From an uncultured Phycisphaerales bacterium (GTDB lineage: Bacteria; Planctomycetota; Phycisphaerae; Phycisphaerales; SM1A02): a stretch of 64,000 nt of DNA. How positions within the stretch are numbered: the first letter of the stretch is position 1; each line of letters starts with the position of its first letter. Under the pieces are notes generated by a model. The model worked only from the letters and a program-made list of their open reading frames with translations. It did not search any database and was not told where the DNA came from. The stretch covers positions 29,457 to 93,456 of the forward strand of contig CALKEP010000009.1 of the NCBI GenBank assembly GCA_938084645.1. The letters run 5' to 3'. Positions 18,598 to 28,000 of the stretch are shown here, in pieces. A program made the translations under genes and the position numbers.

Positions 18598-19674
18598 TCA
18601 GGGCGTCGCGTCGAGGGTGGCGACCACCGCCGCCTGATCCTCGGAATCCTCGCAGACGGCGAGGACCGTGCCACCCTCCACCGTCATCAGCACCGGCGTG
18701 GAGATGACGTACTGGGGACCTTCCGGCAAGGTGTGCAGCAGGCACTCCTCGCACGGCATGGGAAGGGCGTTGGCGGGATCGATGTCGGGGACCGCGACCG
18801 CGATGGTCGGGATCTCGAGCGGGCCGAGAAAATGGTCCTCGAGCAGGGTGTGGCAGTGCTCGCAGTCTTCGCGATAGAGCACGAGGTGGAATCGATCGGT
18901 GTCGATCCAGTCGGGGAGCGGTCGCGAGATGAGCTTCGCCAGCGTCTGCGACGAAAGCGGAGAGCCGACCCAGCTCGCGAAATCAGCGACGTAGAACGGC
19001 TCGAGTTCGGTCGCGGCCGCGCCCCAGCCCGTGGCCTCGGTGACCGCTCCGGGGCCGGCGGGACTCGTGGTCTCGTCGACCGCGGGGGTCGCGGGTATGG
19101 CGATCGTGATCTTCGGCGAGGGGACGCTGAAAGCGAGGCCGAATCCGATGGCCGCCGCCGCGAGGACGGATCCGAGTCGAGCGGGGGTGGCGGCCTCCCG
19201 GATCGGTCGAAGGAAGATCACGCCGAGGAGCAGCAGCGCGTCGATCGCGAACATGCCGAGGGGCGGGGGGCTCACGGAGCCGAAGCACCCGCAACTTCCG
19301 CTCCAGATGGCGCTGATGCCATCCCGACTCGCGGCCATCGCCATCGTCGCGACGAGCACCGCGAGGAACACGGTGAGAATGAAACTCGCGGCGAAACGAG
19401 CGAGCCGCGGTGATGCGAACATCACCAGTGCCAGCATGATCTCGACGCCGATCATCGACCGGAGCGAGAACCCCAGCCACCAGTTGAGGTCCGTGACTTC
19501 GAAGAGGCGGGCCGAGTCCCGGACCACGAGCAGCACCGGTTCGGGCAGCAGCTTGGGATTCAGGGTGTAGAGCTTGACGCTCGCGCCGGCGAGGACCCAG
19601 AGCGGGATCAGGATCCGGACCAGCAGGGTCCCGATGATCGAGCCTCGGTCGGAGGTGGAGGATGAATTCGGCAT
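18598..19674 (-). CDS. MauE/DoxX-family membrane domain fused to thioredoxin-like CxxC domain
   Basis: MauE signature SCGCFG; LYREDCEHCHTLL...CEEC...LPEGPQYVISTPVL. Confidence 0.78.
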   Translation of the reverse strand: MPNSSSTSDRGSIIGTLLVRILIPLWVLAGASVKLYTLNPKLLPEPVLLVVRDSARLFEVTDLNWWLGFSLRSMIGVEIMLALVMFASPRLARFAASFILTVFLAVLVATMAMAASRDGISAIWSGSCGCFGSVSPPPLGMFAIDALLLLGVIFLRPIREAATPARLGSVLAAAAIGFGLAFSVPSPKITIAIPATPAVDETTSPAGPGAVTEATGWGAAATELEPFYVADFASWVGSPLSSQTLAKLISRPLPDWIDTDRFHLVLYREDCEHCHTLLEDHFLGPLEIPTIAVAVPDIDPANALPMPCEECLLHTLPEGPQYVISTPVLMTVEGGTVLAVCEDSEDQAAVVATLDATP

Positions 19675-19719
19675 CGTGTACTCGGTCGGCAGGAGGAGGG
19701 GACTCGGGCGGACGCTGGA

Positions 19720-20313
19720 TCAGGCGTTCGAATCGGTTTCGAACTGCTCGCAACACGCGTGCATCAGGAACTGATGGACCTCCTGGATCGCGGCGGAGTC
19801 CTGCCCCCCGACCACGACCGAGACGTCGCAGAGGGTACGGGCTTCGCCGCCGTCTCCCCCGAGGAAGCCGATGGTGGTCGCGTTCCGGGCCCGGGCCGCC
19901 TCGAGGGCGGCGAGCAGGTTCGGGCTGCGGCCCGAGGTCGAGAAGATGACCAGCGCATCCTGGTCGGTGGCCATCGCGTCGACCTGACGGGCGAAGATCG
20001 CCTCGAAGCCGAAGTCGTTGGCGATGCAGGTCAGGGCGGTCGGATCCGCGTTGAGGCACATGCTCCGGATCGGAGGGCGATCCCCCCGGTATCGGCCGAT
20101 CAGTTCCTCGGCCAGATGCAGGGCCTCGGCGGCCGAGCCACCGTTGCCGCAGGTGAAGACGGTGCCACCGCGTCGAACGGTCGAGTCGAGCGCCTGCAGG
20201 AGGCGGACGATCGAGTCCGGATCCGCGTCGATGCTGGCGAGGGCCGCGTCGAGGCGGGCGCGTCGATCGGCGAGCAGGGCCTTGATCCGGGTCTCGATGT
20301 CGGTGACTGGCAT
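19720..20313 (-). CDS. gmhA: Phosphoheptose (sedoheptulose-7-phosphate) isomerase, SIS domain
   Basis: CGNGGSAAEALHLAEELIGRY, TCIANDFGF, STSGRSPN, IQEVH. Confidence 0.92.
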   Translation of the reverse strand: MPVTDIETRIKALLADRRARLDAALASIDADPDSIVRLLQALDSTVRRGGTVFTCGNGGSAAEALHLAEELIGRYRGDRPPIRSMCLNADPTALTCIANDFGFEAIFARQVDAMATDQDALVIFSTSGRSPNLLAALEAARARNATTIGFLGGDGGEARTLCDVSVVVGGQDSAAIQEVHQFLMHACCEQFETDSNA

Positions 20314-20454
20314 GCGTCAATGGTAGGGTCTTGACGCCACGGAGGGGGTTTTCCGGAGACGGAGCGGCTTTTCCAACGCAGTGCGTCCGGACCGTCGTCC
20401 GTGGCGAAGTCAGACCGCGGCCGCCGGCCGTCATGAATCACGCAGGGAGCCCCC

Positions 20455-21888
20455 GTGCCGGATCAACCACGAATCGAACACGGCACCGATGCCGGTGACC
20501 GGACCTTCCGCTGCGAGTCCGGGATGGCGGCGTCGAAGAAGGAGATCGCCGATTGGCATTTCCGGGCGGGAGCGCTCGACCGGCTTCTTCCCCCGTGGCA
20601 GGACGTCCGGGTCATCGAGGACTCCGGCCCGCTTCGCCCCGGCGTCGAGACGGTGCTCTCGGTGCCGATCGCCCCGTTCGTCCGGAAGCGATGGCGGGCC
20701 CGGATCGAGGAGGCCGTGCCCGGGGAGCGGTTCATCGACGTGCAGGTGTCGGGGCCGTTCGGCGCCTGGCACCATCGTCACGAGTTCTTCGGGACCGAGG
20801 GCGACGCATCGTCCGGTCGACTTCGTGATTCGATCGCGTACCGAATGCCCATGGGACCGCTCGGCGGCCTCGGGGCTGGCTTGGTGCGTCGTGACCTGGC
20901 GAAGATGTTCCGGTACCGCCACTACCGGACCGCGGCCGATCTGCGTCGGCACGCGGACGCCGGTGATGTCGCGCCGCAGACGGTGGTCATCACGGGTGGG
21001 AGCGGCCTGATCGGCACCCAGCTCACGGCATTCCTGCGAACGGGCGGGCACACGGTCCGGCATCTCGTGCGCCGCGTGCCGGACGCGAGCGCTGGCGAGT
21101 ACCACTGGGACCCGGCCAGTGGCGAGATCGACGTGTCCGCGTTCGATGGTGCGGACGCGGTCGTGCATCTCGCGGGGGCCGGCATCGCGGATCGGCGTTG
21201 GACGCCGGGCCGTATGAAGGTCATCAAGGATTCACGGATCGACGGCACGCGGATGCTCGCGACGGCCCTGGCCAACATGAAGCACCCGCCTCCGGTGTTG
21301 GTGTCGGCCAGCGCCGTGGGGTACTACGGGAACCGGTCCGAACGCGTGGACGAGAAGGCGAAGGCGGGCGACGGTTTCCTTTCCGAAGTCTCCATCGCGT
21401 GGGAGGAAGCCGCGGAAGCCGCGCGGAGGGCGGGCATTCGCGTGGTGCATCCTCGCATCGGTGTGGTCATCACACCCAAGGGCGGGGCGCTCGCCAAGAT
21501 GTTGACGCCGTTCAGACTGGGGGCGGGTGGTCCGCTCGGTTCCGGCCGTCAGGGCCTGAGCTGGATCGGGATGGACGATCTCCTCGGCGTGCTGCATCGA
21601 CTCGTGGTGGACGATCGGTACGAGGGGCCGGTGAACGCGACCGCACCCGAGCCGGTCGATCAGCGAACCTTCGCGAAGACCCTCGGTCGCGTGCTTCGGC
21701 GTCCGGCGATCGCGCCGATGCCTGCGTTCGCCGCGAAGATCCTCTTTGGCCGCATGGCGGGCCCGCTCCTGCTCGAGGGCGTCGAGGCGACGCCGGCGGT
21801 GCTCTCCGGCCACGGCTTCCGCTTCGAGACCCCGGACCTCGAATCCTGCCTTCGACTTCAGCTCGACGGCACGCCTCCCACCGGGTGA
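20455..21888 (+). CDS. TIGR01777-family NAD-dependent epimerase-like oxidoreductase with N-terminal SRPBCC domain
   Basis: RLLPPWQ...FIDVQVSGPFGAWHHRHEF (SRPBCC); ITGGSGLIG, VVHLAGAGI, SASAVGYYG, GGPLGSGRQ. Confidence 0.88.
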   Translation: MPDQPRIEHGTDAGDRTFRCESGMAASKKEIADWHFRAGALDRLLPPWQDVRVIEDSGPLRPGVETVLSVPIAPFVRKRWRARIEEAVPGERFIDVQVSGPFGAWHHRHEFFGTEGDASSGRLRDSIAYRMPMGPLGGLGAGLVRRDLAKMFRYRHYRTAADLRRHADAGDVAPQTVVITGGSGLIGTQLTAFLRTGGHTVRHLVRRVPDASAGEYHWDPASGEIDVSAFDGADAVVHLAGAGIADRRWTPGRMKVIKDSRIDGTRMLATALANMKHPPPVLVSASAVGYYGNRSERVDEKAKAGDGFLSEVSIAWEEAAEAARRAGIRVVHPRIGVVITPKGGALAKMLTPFRLGAGGPLGSGRQGLSWIGMDDLLGVLHRLVVDDRYEGPVNATAPEPVDQRTFAKTLGRVLRRPAIAPMPAFAAKILFGRMAGPLLLEGVEATPAVLSGHGFRFETPDLESCLRLQLDGTPPTG

Positions 21889-21903
21889 GGCCGTGCCCGC
21901 CGG

Positions 21904-23124
21904 TCAGCCTTCCTCGCGCTCGGCCCGTCTTCCCCGCAGCCAGGGTCGAAGCGCCGGCCAGAGCGTGGCCGCTGGCAGCACCAGGCTGGCCGCGATGACC
22001 GCGGTCACGCCACCCACCGTGACGCCGACCAGGGCCGCGGCGGGACCGACGCCGTACCCGACACCGATCAGTCCTTCGTGCGTGCTCGCGGCATCGACGT
22101 CCGCGTCGCCGACCCGCATCACGTAGTACATCGCGGCGTAGTAGACGACGGCCTGTCCGAGTCCGAAGGCGATCAGGGCGAGCACGATGGCGGTGATGTT
22201 CGGGGCCGCGACGACCGCGACGTAGCCACCGATCAACAGGAAGCCGCCGAGGAGCGTCGCGCTCCAACGACCATGCCACCATGACCATCGACGCAGGATC
22301 GCGATGCCCGCCACCCGCGCGAACATCCACGTCGCGGCAAGCGGCGTCTGCCACCAGATCGACGCCTCGAGATCGTCGAGGAGGTAGGGCATGAGCGGGC
22401 TCAACGCCCCGATCAGCGCGTAGGCGAGCGGAAGCAGCGCGCGATTGCTCGCGAGAAGATCGACGTAGCGGGCGGGTGCGACGTGGTCGGGATGGTGGAT
22501 TTCATGGCGGGCGACCCGGGCCGGCACGCCGACGAGCAGCACCACGATGCAGATCAGGTTGATCGGACCGAGGCTGGCGATCGCCCATGCCGCGTGACCG
22601 GCCGCCAGCAACGGGGCCATCGAGACCAGGGCGAGTCCGAGGGCGGACATCCAGATCGTGTTCCACCAGCCGATGGCGTTGCGCATCGCCGCCGGCTCGC
22701 GTCCGGCGGACACGTACGCCTCGATCACCGGCCAGAAGAAGGCGGCGAGGAAGGACATCGCGCCCGAGACTGCGAACAGCATGACCGGCGACTTCGAGAC
22801 GAGGATCAGCGGGCAGATCCCGACCTGCAGGAGGAACACCGCGGCGACCACGGTCCGGGGCGTGACGCGGTGGGCGATGCGACGAAGGATCGGCGCGCTG
22901 GCGAACGCGGCGATGGCGTAGACGCCACCATTCGAGATCGCGAGCAGGAGATTCCAGGTCTCGTCGAAGCCGTAGGCGTCGCGGGCGACGAAGCCCAGGC
23001 CGTTCCAGAGGACCGCGGTGCCGAAGGTCGCGAGGAACGACAGCAGGAGCAACGGCCCCAGGGGCGCCGGACCGAGGGTGGAACCCGGGACGATGGGCGG
23101 ATCGTGGTCGGGGGACGAGGTCAT
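21904..23124 (-). CDS. MFS-type transporter
   Basis: About 12 hydrophobic segments; FFWPVIEAYVS and HEGLIGVGYGVGP motifs. Confidence 0.75.
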   Translation of the reverse strand: MTSSPDHDPPIVPGSTLGPAPLGPLLLLSFLATFGTAVLWNGLGFVARDAYGFDETWNLLLAISNGGVYAIAAFASAPILRRIAHRVTPRTVVAAVFLLQVGICPLILVSKSPVMLFAVSGAMSFLAAFFWPVIEAYVSAGREPAAMRNAIGWWNTIWMSALGLALVSMAPLLAAGHAAWAIASLGPINLICIVVLLVGVPARVARHEIHHPDHVAPARYVDLLASNRALLPLAYALIGALSPLMPYLLDDLEASIWWQTPLAATWMFARVAGIAILRRWSWWHGRWSATLLGGFLLIGGYVAVVAAPNITAIVLALIAFGLGQAVVYYAAMYYVMRVGDADVDAASTHEGLIGVGYGVGPAAALVGVTVGGVTAVIAASLVLPAATLWPALRPWLRGRRAEREEG

Positions 23125-23188
23125 CGTCCCGGATGATCGCAGGTTCCGCGTCGACCGTCCGCAGGGCCGCCGGTACCATCTCGGTGCC

Positions 23189-23262
23189 GGGCGTTTAGCT
23201 CAGTTGGCTAGAGCGTCCCCTTTACACGGGGAAGGTCGCTGGTTCGAGTCCAGTATCGCCCA
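23189..23262 (+). tRNA. tRNA-Val (anticodon TAC)
   Basis: Cloverleaf GGGCGTT..GCTCAGTTGGCTAGAGC, anticodon arm TCCCC-TT TAC AC-GGGGA, T-arm GCTGG TTCGAGT CCAGT; CCA not encoded. Confidence 0.96.
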
Positions 23263-23265
23263 CTC

Positions 23266-23305
23266 ACGCCCACGCCCCCGTGTATGACTTCGGGGGGGTG
23301 GGCGT
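23266..23305 (+). terminator. GC-rich hairpin after tRNA-Val(TAC), possible terminator or processing signal
   Basis: ACGCCCACGCCCCCG / CGGGGGGGTGGGCGT inverted repeat; no clear U-tract. Confidence 0.45.
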
Positions 23306-23487
23306 CGTGGTTCGATGGTTCGGGCGCGATTCCCCGGCGGTCATCGCGACGTGTTGTCCCGGACTGGAGGGACCAGCGAATCGACGCGGCCTCGTCCGAC
23401 GAACACGCTTCCGCGGATTCACGTCCACCTCCCGATACGCGTCGGTTCAAGCCGCAACCCGGCCCCGATCAAGGACCTCGATCGATC

Positions 23488-24987
23488 ATGGCCTCTTCCG
23501 ACCTCCTCCTCGTCTTCCCGCATCAGCTCTTCGCGGACCATCCCGGACTCGAGGACGGGCCGAGGTCGACCGCCCTGATCGAGGATTCGCTGTTCTTCGG
23601 CGACGCCCACCACCCGGCCCGATTCCACAAGCAGAAGCTCCGACTGCATCGCAGCACCATGAAGCGGTATGAGGCGAGGCTGCAGGAGGTGGGGTGCGAG
23701 GTCGAGTACCACGAGCATGCACCGGGACGTGATCCGTTGGCGGACGGCCTCGAGGCGGCCTCGAAGGCGGGCGTGAGGCGAATCCTGGTGGCCGAGGTTC
23801 ACGACCATCTGCTCGAGCGACGGCTTCGGCGGCACGTCGATCGCCTGAAGATCGAGCTCGAGATCCTGCCGACGCCGATGTTCCTCAACACCGACGAGGA
23901 GAACCGGTCGTGGCGTGAGACCCGCAAGCGTTGGTTCATGGCCGATTTCTACAAGCACCAGCGTCGGCGGCTCGAGATCCTGATGGAGGGCGACGAGCCG
24001 GTGGGCGGTCGATGGAGCTTCGACGAGGACAATCGGAAGAAGATCCCCAAGGCGATGATGACGGAGATTCCGACGATCCCCACGTTCGAGACGGACGCGA
24101 TCGAGACGGCGGCCGGCGCGCACGTGGAATCGACCTATGCGGACCATCCCGGTCGACTCGGCGATCCGATCTATCCGACCACCCACGAGACCGCGGCGGC
24201 CTGGTTGCAGACCTTCCTCGAGCAACGGTTCACGCGCTTCGGCGACTACGAGGATGCCATCGCGGCCGGCGAGAACTGGTTGTGGCACGGCGTGCTCACC
24301 CCGATGCTCAACATCGGACTGCTGACGCCGGGCCAGGTGGTCGACGCCACGCTCGACCACGCTGCGAAGCACGACGTGCCGCTGAACTCGTTGGAAGGCT
24401 TCATCCGGCAGGTGGTCGGCTGGCGGGAGTTCATGCGAGCGACGTACGTGGACATCGGCGTTCGGATGCGGACCACGAATCACTGGGACCACCACCGGAA
24501 GATGCCCGACGCCTTCTACGACGGGACCACGGGGATCGAGCCCGTCGACGACGTGATCCGTCGCGTCCTCGACACCGGCTACTGCCACCACATCGAACGA
24601 CTGATGGTGCTCGGTGGGTTCATGTTCCTCTGCGAGATCCACCCGGACGAGATCTATCGCTGGTTCATGGAGATGTTCGTCGACAGTTACGACTGGGTCA
24701 TGGTGCCCAACGTCTACGCGATGAGTCAGAACGCCGATGGCGGTCTGATCACCACCAAGCCGTACTTCTCCGGGTCGGCCTACGTCAAGAAGATGAGCAA
24801 TCACCGCAACGGTGACTGGAACGCCGTCTGGGACGGGCTCTACTGGCGATGGATCCTCGACCACGCCGACGAACTCGGCAAGAATCCCCGCTGGGCGATG
24901 ATGTGCGCCACCGGAAGGCGAATGGCTCCGGAGAAGCAGGCGGCGCACCGCGAGAACGCCGAGGCGTTCCTCGCCGGGCTCGCCTGA
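23488..24987 (+). CDS. Cryptochrome/photolyase family protein, bacterial (6-4) photolyase (CryB/PhrB-like) clade
   Basis: VFPHQLF, FHKQKL, MADFYKHQR, GGRWSFDEDNRKK, FGDYEDAI, EGFIRQVVGWREF, GYCHHIERLMV, TTKPYFSGSAYV. Confidence 0.92.
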   Translation: MASSDLLLVFPHQLFADHPGLEDGPRSTALIEDSLFFGDAHHPARFHKQKLRLHRSTMKRYEARLQEVGCEVEYHEHAPGRDPLADGLEAASKAGVRRILVAEVHDHLLERRLRRHVDRLKIELEILPTPMFLNTDEENRSWRETRKRWFMADFYKHQRRRLEILMEGDEPVGGRWSFDEDNRKKIPKAMMTEIPTIPTFETDAIETAAGAHVESTYADHPGRLGDPIYPTTHETAAAWLQTFLEQRFTRFGDYEDAIAAGENWLWHGVLTPMLNIGLLTPGQVVDATLDHAAKHDVPLNSLEGFIRQVVGWREFMRATYVDIGVRMRTTNHWDHHRKMPDAFYDGTTGIEPVDDVIRRVLDTGYCHHIERLMVLGGFMFLCEIHPDEIYRWFMEMFVDSYDWVMVPNVYAMSQNADGGLITTKPYFSGSAYVKKMSNHRNGDWNAVWDGLYWRWILDHADELGKNPRWAMMCATGRRMAPEKQAAHRENAEAFLAGLA

Positions 24988-25039
24988 ACGGTGGTTCGAG
25001 CGTTCGTCCGGATTAGAATGAGGCCGCCGAGCCGCCACC

Positions 25040-28000
25040 ATGTCGCCATCCGATCCCCATCCTCCCGCCGCAACCGATGCGTCCGGCGACGAGTCGCCGC
25101 CGCCGAGCGGTGCTGCGCGACAGCCTCGCCGGAAACGCCGGCGGAAATCGCGGTCGGGGGGCCGGGGCGGATCGGAACCGAGGAAGACCGCGCCCGTCGC
25201 CCCCGCCGCGCCCGAGGAGGTCGCGAGGCTGAAGGCCATCGATCGTCGAGCCGGCGATCTGCCCGAGGCGCCGGCGGGCATCATCCGGCGTCGGCTGTCG
25301 GGCGCCCGCCGACTTCTGGACGAAGGCCGATCCGCCGGCAAGCCGCTGGCCGCCATCGAGCGTGATCTCACGCGGATGCTCGACGCCCGATCGGCTCGGA
25401 TGCAGCGTCGACTCGACGTCACCTATCCGGCCGAACTTCCGGTGTCGCTCGCCCGCGAGGAGATCGCGGACGCGATCCGGGATCATCAGGTGGTCGTGGT
25501 CTGCGGCGAGACGGGATCGGGCAAGACCACGCAGTTGCCGAAGATCTGTCTCGAACTCGGGCGGGGGGTCGACGGGCTCATCGGGCATACCCAGCCTCGA
25601 CGGGTGGCGGCCCGAAGCGTCGCGGCCCGGATCGCGGAGGAACTGAAGACGCCGCTGGGTGAGGGCGTGGGCTATGCGGTCCGTTTCAACGACCGGACGC
25701 GACCGGGCACCCGCGTGAAACTCATGACCGACGGGATCCTGCTCGCGGAGACCCAGCGGGACCGGGATCTCGTCGCCTACGACACCCTGATCATCGACGA
25801 GGCCCACGAGCGCAGCCTCAACATCGACTTCCTGCTCGGCTACCTCAAACGACTGCTGTCCCGGCGACCCGATCTCAAGGTGATCATCACCAGCGCCACC
25901 ATCGATCCCGAGCGGTTCAGTCGTCACTTCGGGAATGCGCCGATCGTGCAGGTCGGCGGCCGGATGCATCCGGTCGAGATCCGGCATCGCCCGATCGCGA
26001 CCGATGGTGCCGATCAGGACGTCGACGAGGCCACGGTCGCCGGCGTGCTCGAGGCGATCACGGAGATCGACGCCAGTGGCCTGGGCGAGACGTCGACGTC
26101 CGGACGGCCCGACATTCTGGTCTTCCTTCCCGGCGAGCGGGAGATCAACGACGTCGCGGCGGCCATCGAACGCGCGAGCCTTCCCTCGACCGAAGTCCTG
26201 CCGCTCTACGCACGGCTCTCCAACGACCGTCAGGACCGGGTCTTCAAGCCGGGGCCGGAGCGCCGCATCGTCCTCGCCACGAACGTCGCGGAGACCTCGC
26301 TCACCGTGCCCCGGATCCGGGGCGTGATCGACGTCGGAACCGCCCGCATCTCCCGGTACTCGCCCCGGAGTCGCGTCCAGCGACTGCCGGTGGAGCCGGT
26401 GGCGCAATCCTCCGCGAACCAGCGAAGTGGTCGCTGCGGTCGCGTCGCGTCCGGTGTCTGCATTCGACTCTACGACGAGGCGGAGTTCGCGAAGCGACCG
26501 GACTTCACCCAGCCCGAGATCCTTCGATCGAATCTCGCGAGCGTGATCCTGCAGATGGCGTCGCTGGGGCTCGGGGGTCCCGACGCGTTCCCGTTCCTGG
26601 AAAGGCCTTCCGCCAAACTGATCCGTGACGGGTACGAGACGCTGCGGGAGATCGGGGCGGTCGACCGTGCCGGCGAACTCACCACCCTCGGACGCCGCCT
26701 GGCCGAAATGCCGGTCGACCCGCGGATCGGGCGGATCGTGCTGGCGTCGATCGACGAAGGGTGTCTTCCCGAGATCGTGGTGATCGCCGCGGCGCTCTCG
26801 GTGCAGGATCCGAAGAACCGTCCCGCGGGCAGTGAAGGCGTCGCCGACCTCGCCCACGCACCGTTCCGCGATCCCGGGAGCGACTTCCTGTCGTTCGTCC
26901 GGCTCTGGCGGGCGTGGCGTCGGGCCCGCGAGGAGAAGGGGAGTTCGGCGATCCGAAGCTGGTGTCGTCGCAATCACCTCTCGTACCTCCGGATGATCGA
27001 GTGGGAGGACGTGCATCGTCAGCTCGAGGAGATCGCGGGCCGTTGCCTCGAAGGCGGCAGGCGGAATTCGGACCGCAAGGGATCGGGGCGACGCGTCCGT
27101 CTCCCGGAGGTCCGGGACGATCCGCCGACCGGCGCCGTGCATCGATCGATCCTCGCGGGACTGGTCTCGAACATCGGACACCGGACCGAAGAGGGGGACT
27201 ATCGAGGCATCGCGGGGGCGACGTTCTCGATCTTCCCGGGAAGCGTGTTGCGGCGGCAGGACGCTCCGTGGATCGTCGCGGCGGAGATCGTCGAGACCAG
27301 CCGACGCTGGGCCCGGACCGTGGCCCGGATCCGCGGCGACTGGGTCGAACGCGTGGCCCCGCATCTGGTGCGCCGGAATCACTTCGAGCCTCATTTCGAT
27401 CCCGAGACCGGATTCGTCGCGGCGTACGAGAACGTCTCCTTCGGCGACCTCGACGTGGTCGAGCGTCGGACCGTGCCCTACGCGCCGATCGACGTGGCGG
27501 GGGCCCGCGAGGTCTTCATCCAGCAGGCGCTGGTCTCGGAACGACTCGCGGGTGATGCGCCGTTCCTGGCCCGGAACCGCGAACTCTTCGAGCGGCTCGA
27601 CCAACTCGGTGATCGCGGTCGGGAACTCGGTCCGCTCGCCGAGGACGAGGAGCGGTTCGCGTTCTACGACGCCCGGCTCCCGTCCGAGATTCACAACGCC
27701 GCGGCCCTGACCGCGTGGCGTCGGAAGGCCGAACGCCGGGATCCCGGGATCCTGGTGATGCGGGAACAGGATCTCGTCACCGACGTGCGGGCCGGACTCG
27801 ACGAAGCCGAGTACCCGGACCGACTCCGCATGGGCGGGATGGACATTCGACTCCGCTACCGACACGAGCCCGGCACCGAGGACGACGGCGTCACCGCGAT
27901 GATTCCGATCGAGCTGCTGGGCCGCTTGGAGGCGGCTCGGTTCGAGTGGCTGGTGCCGGGGCTTCTGGTCGACAAGATCGAAGCGCTGATCCGCAGTCTT

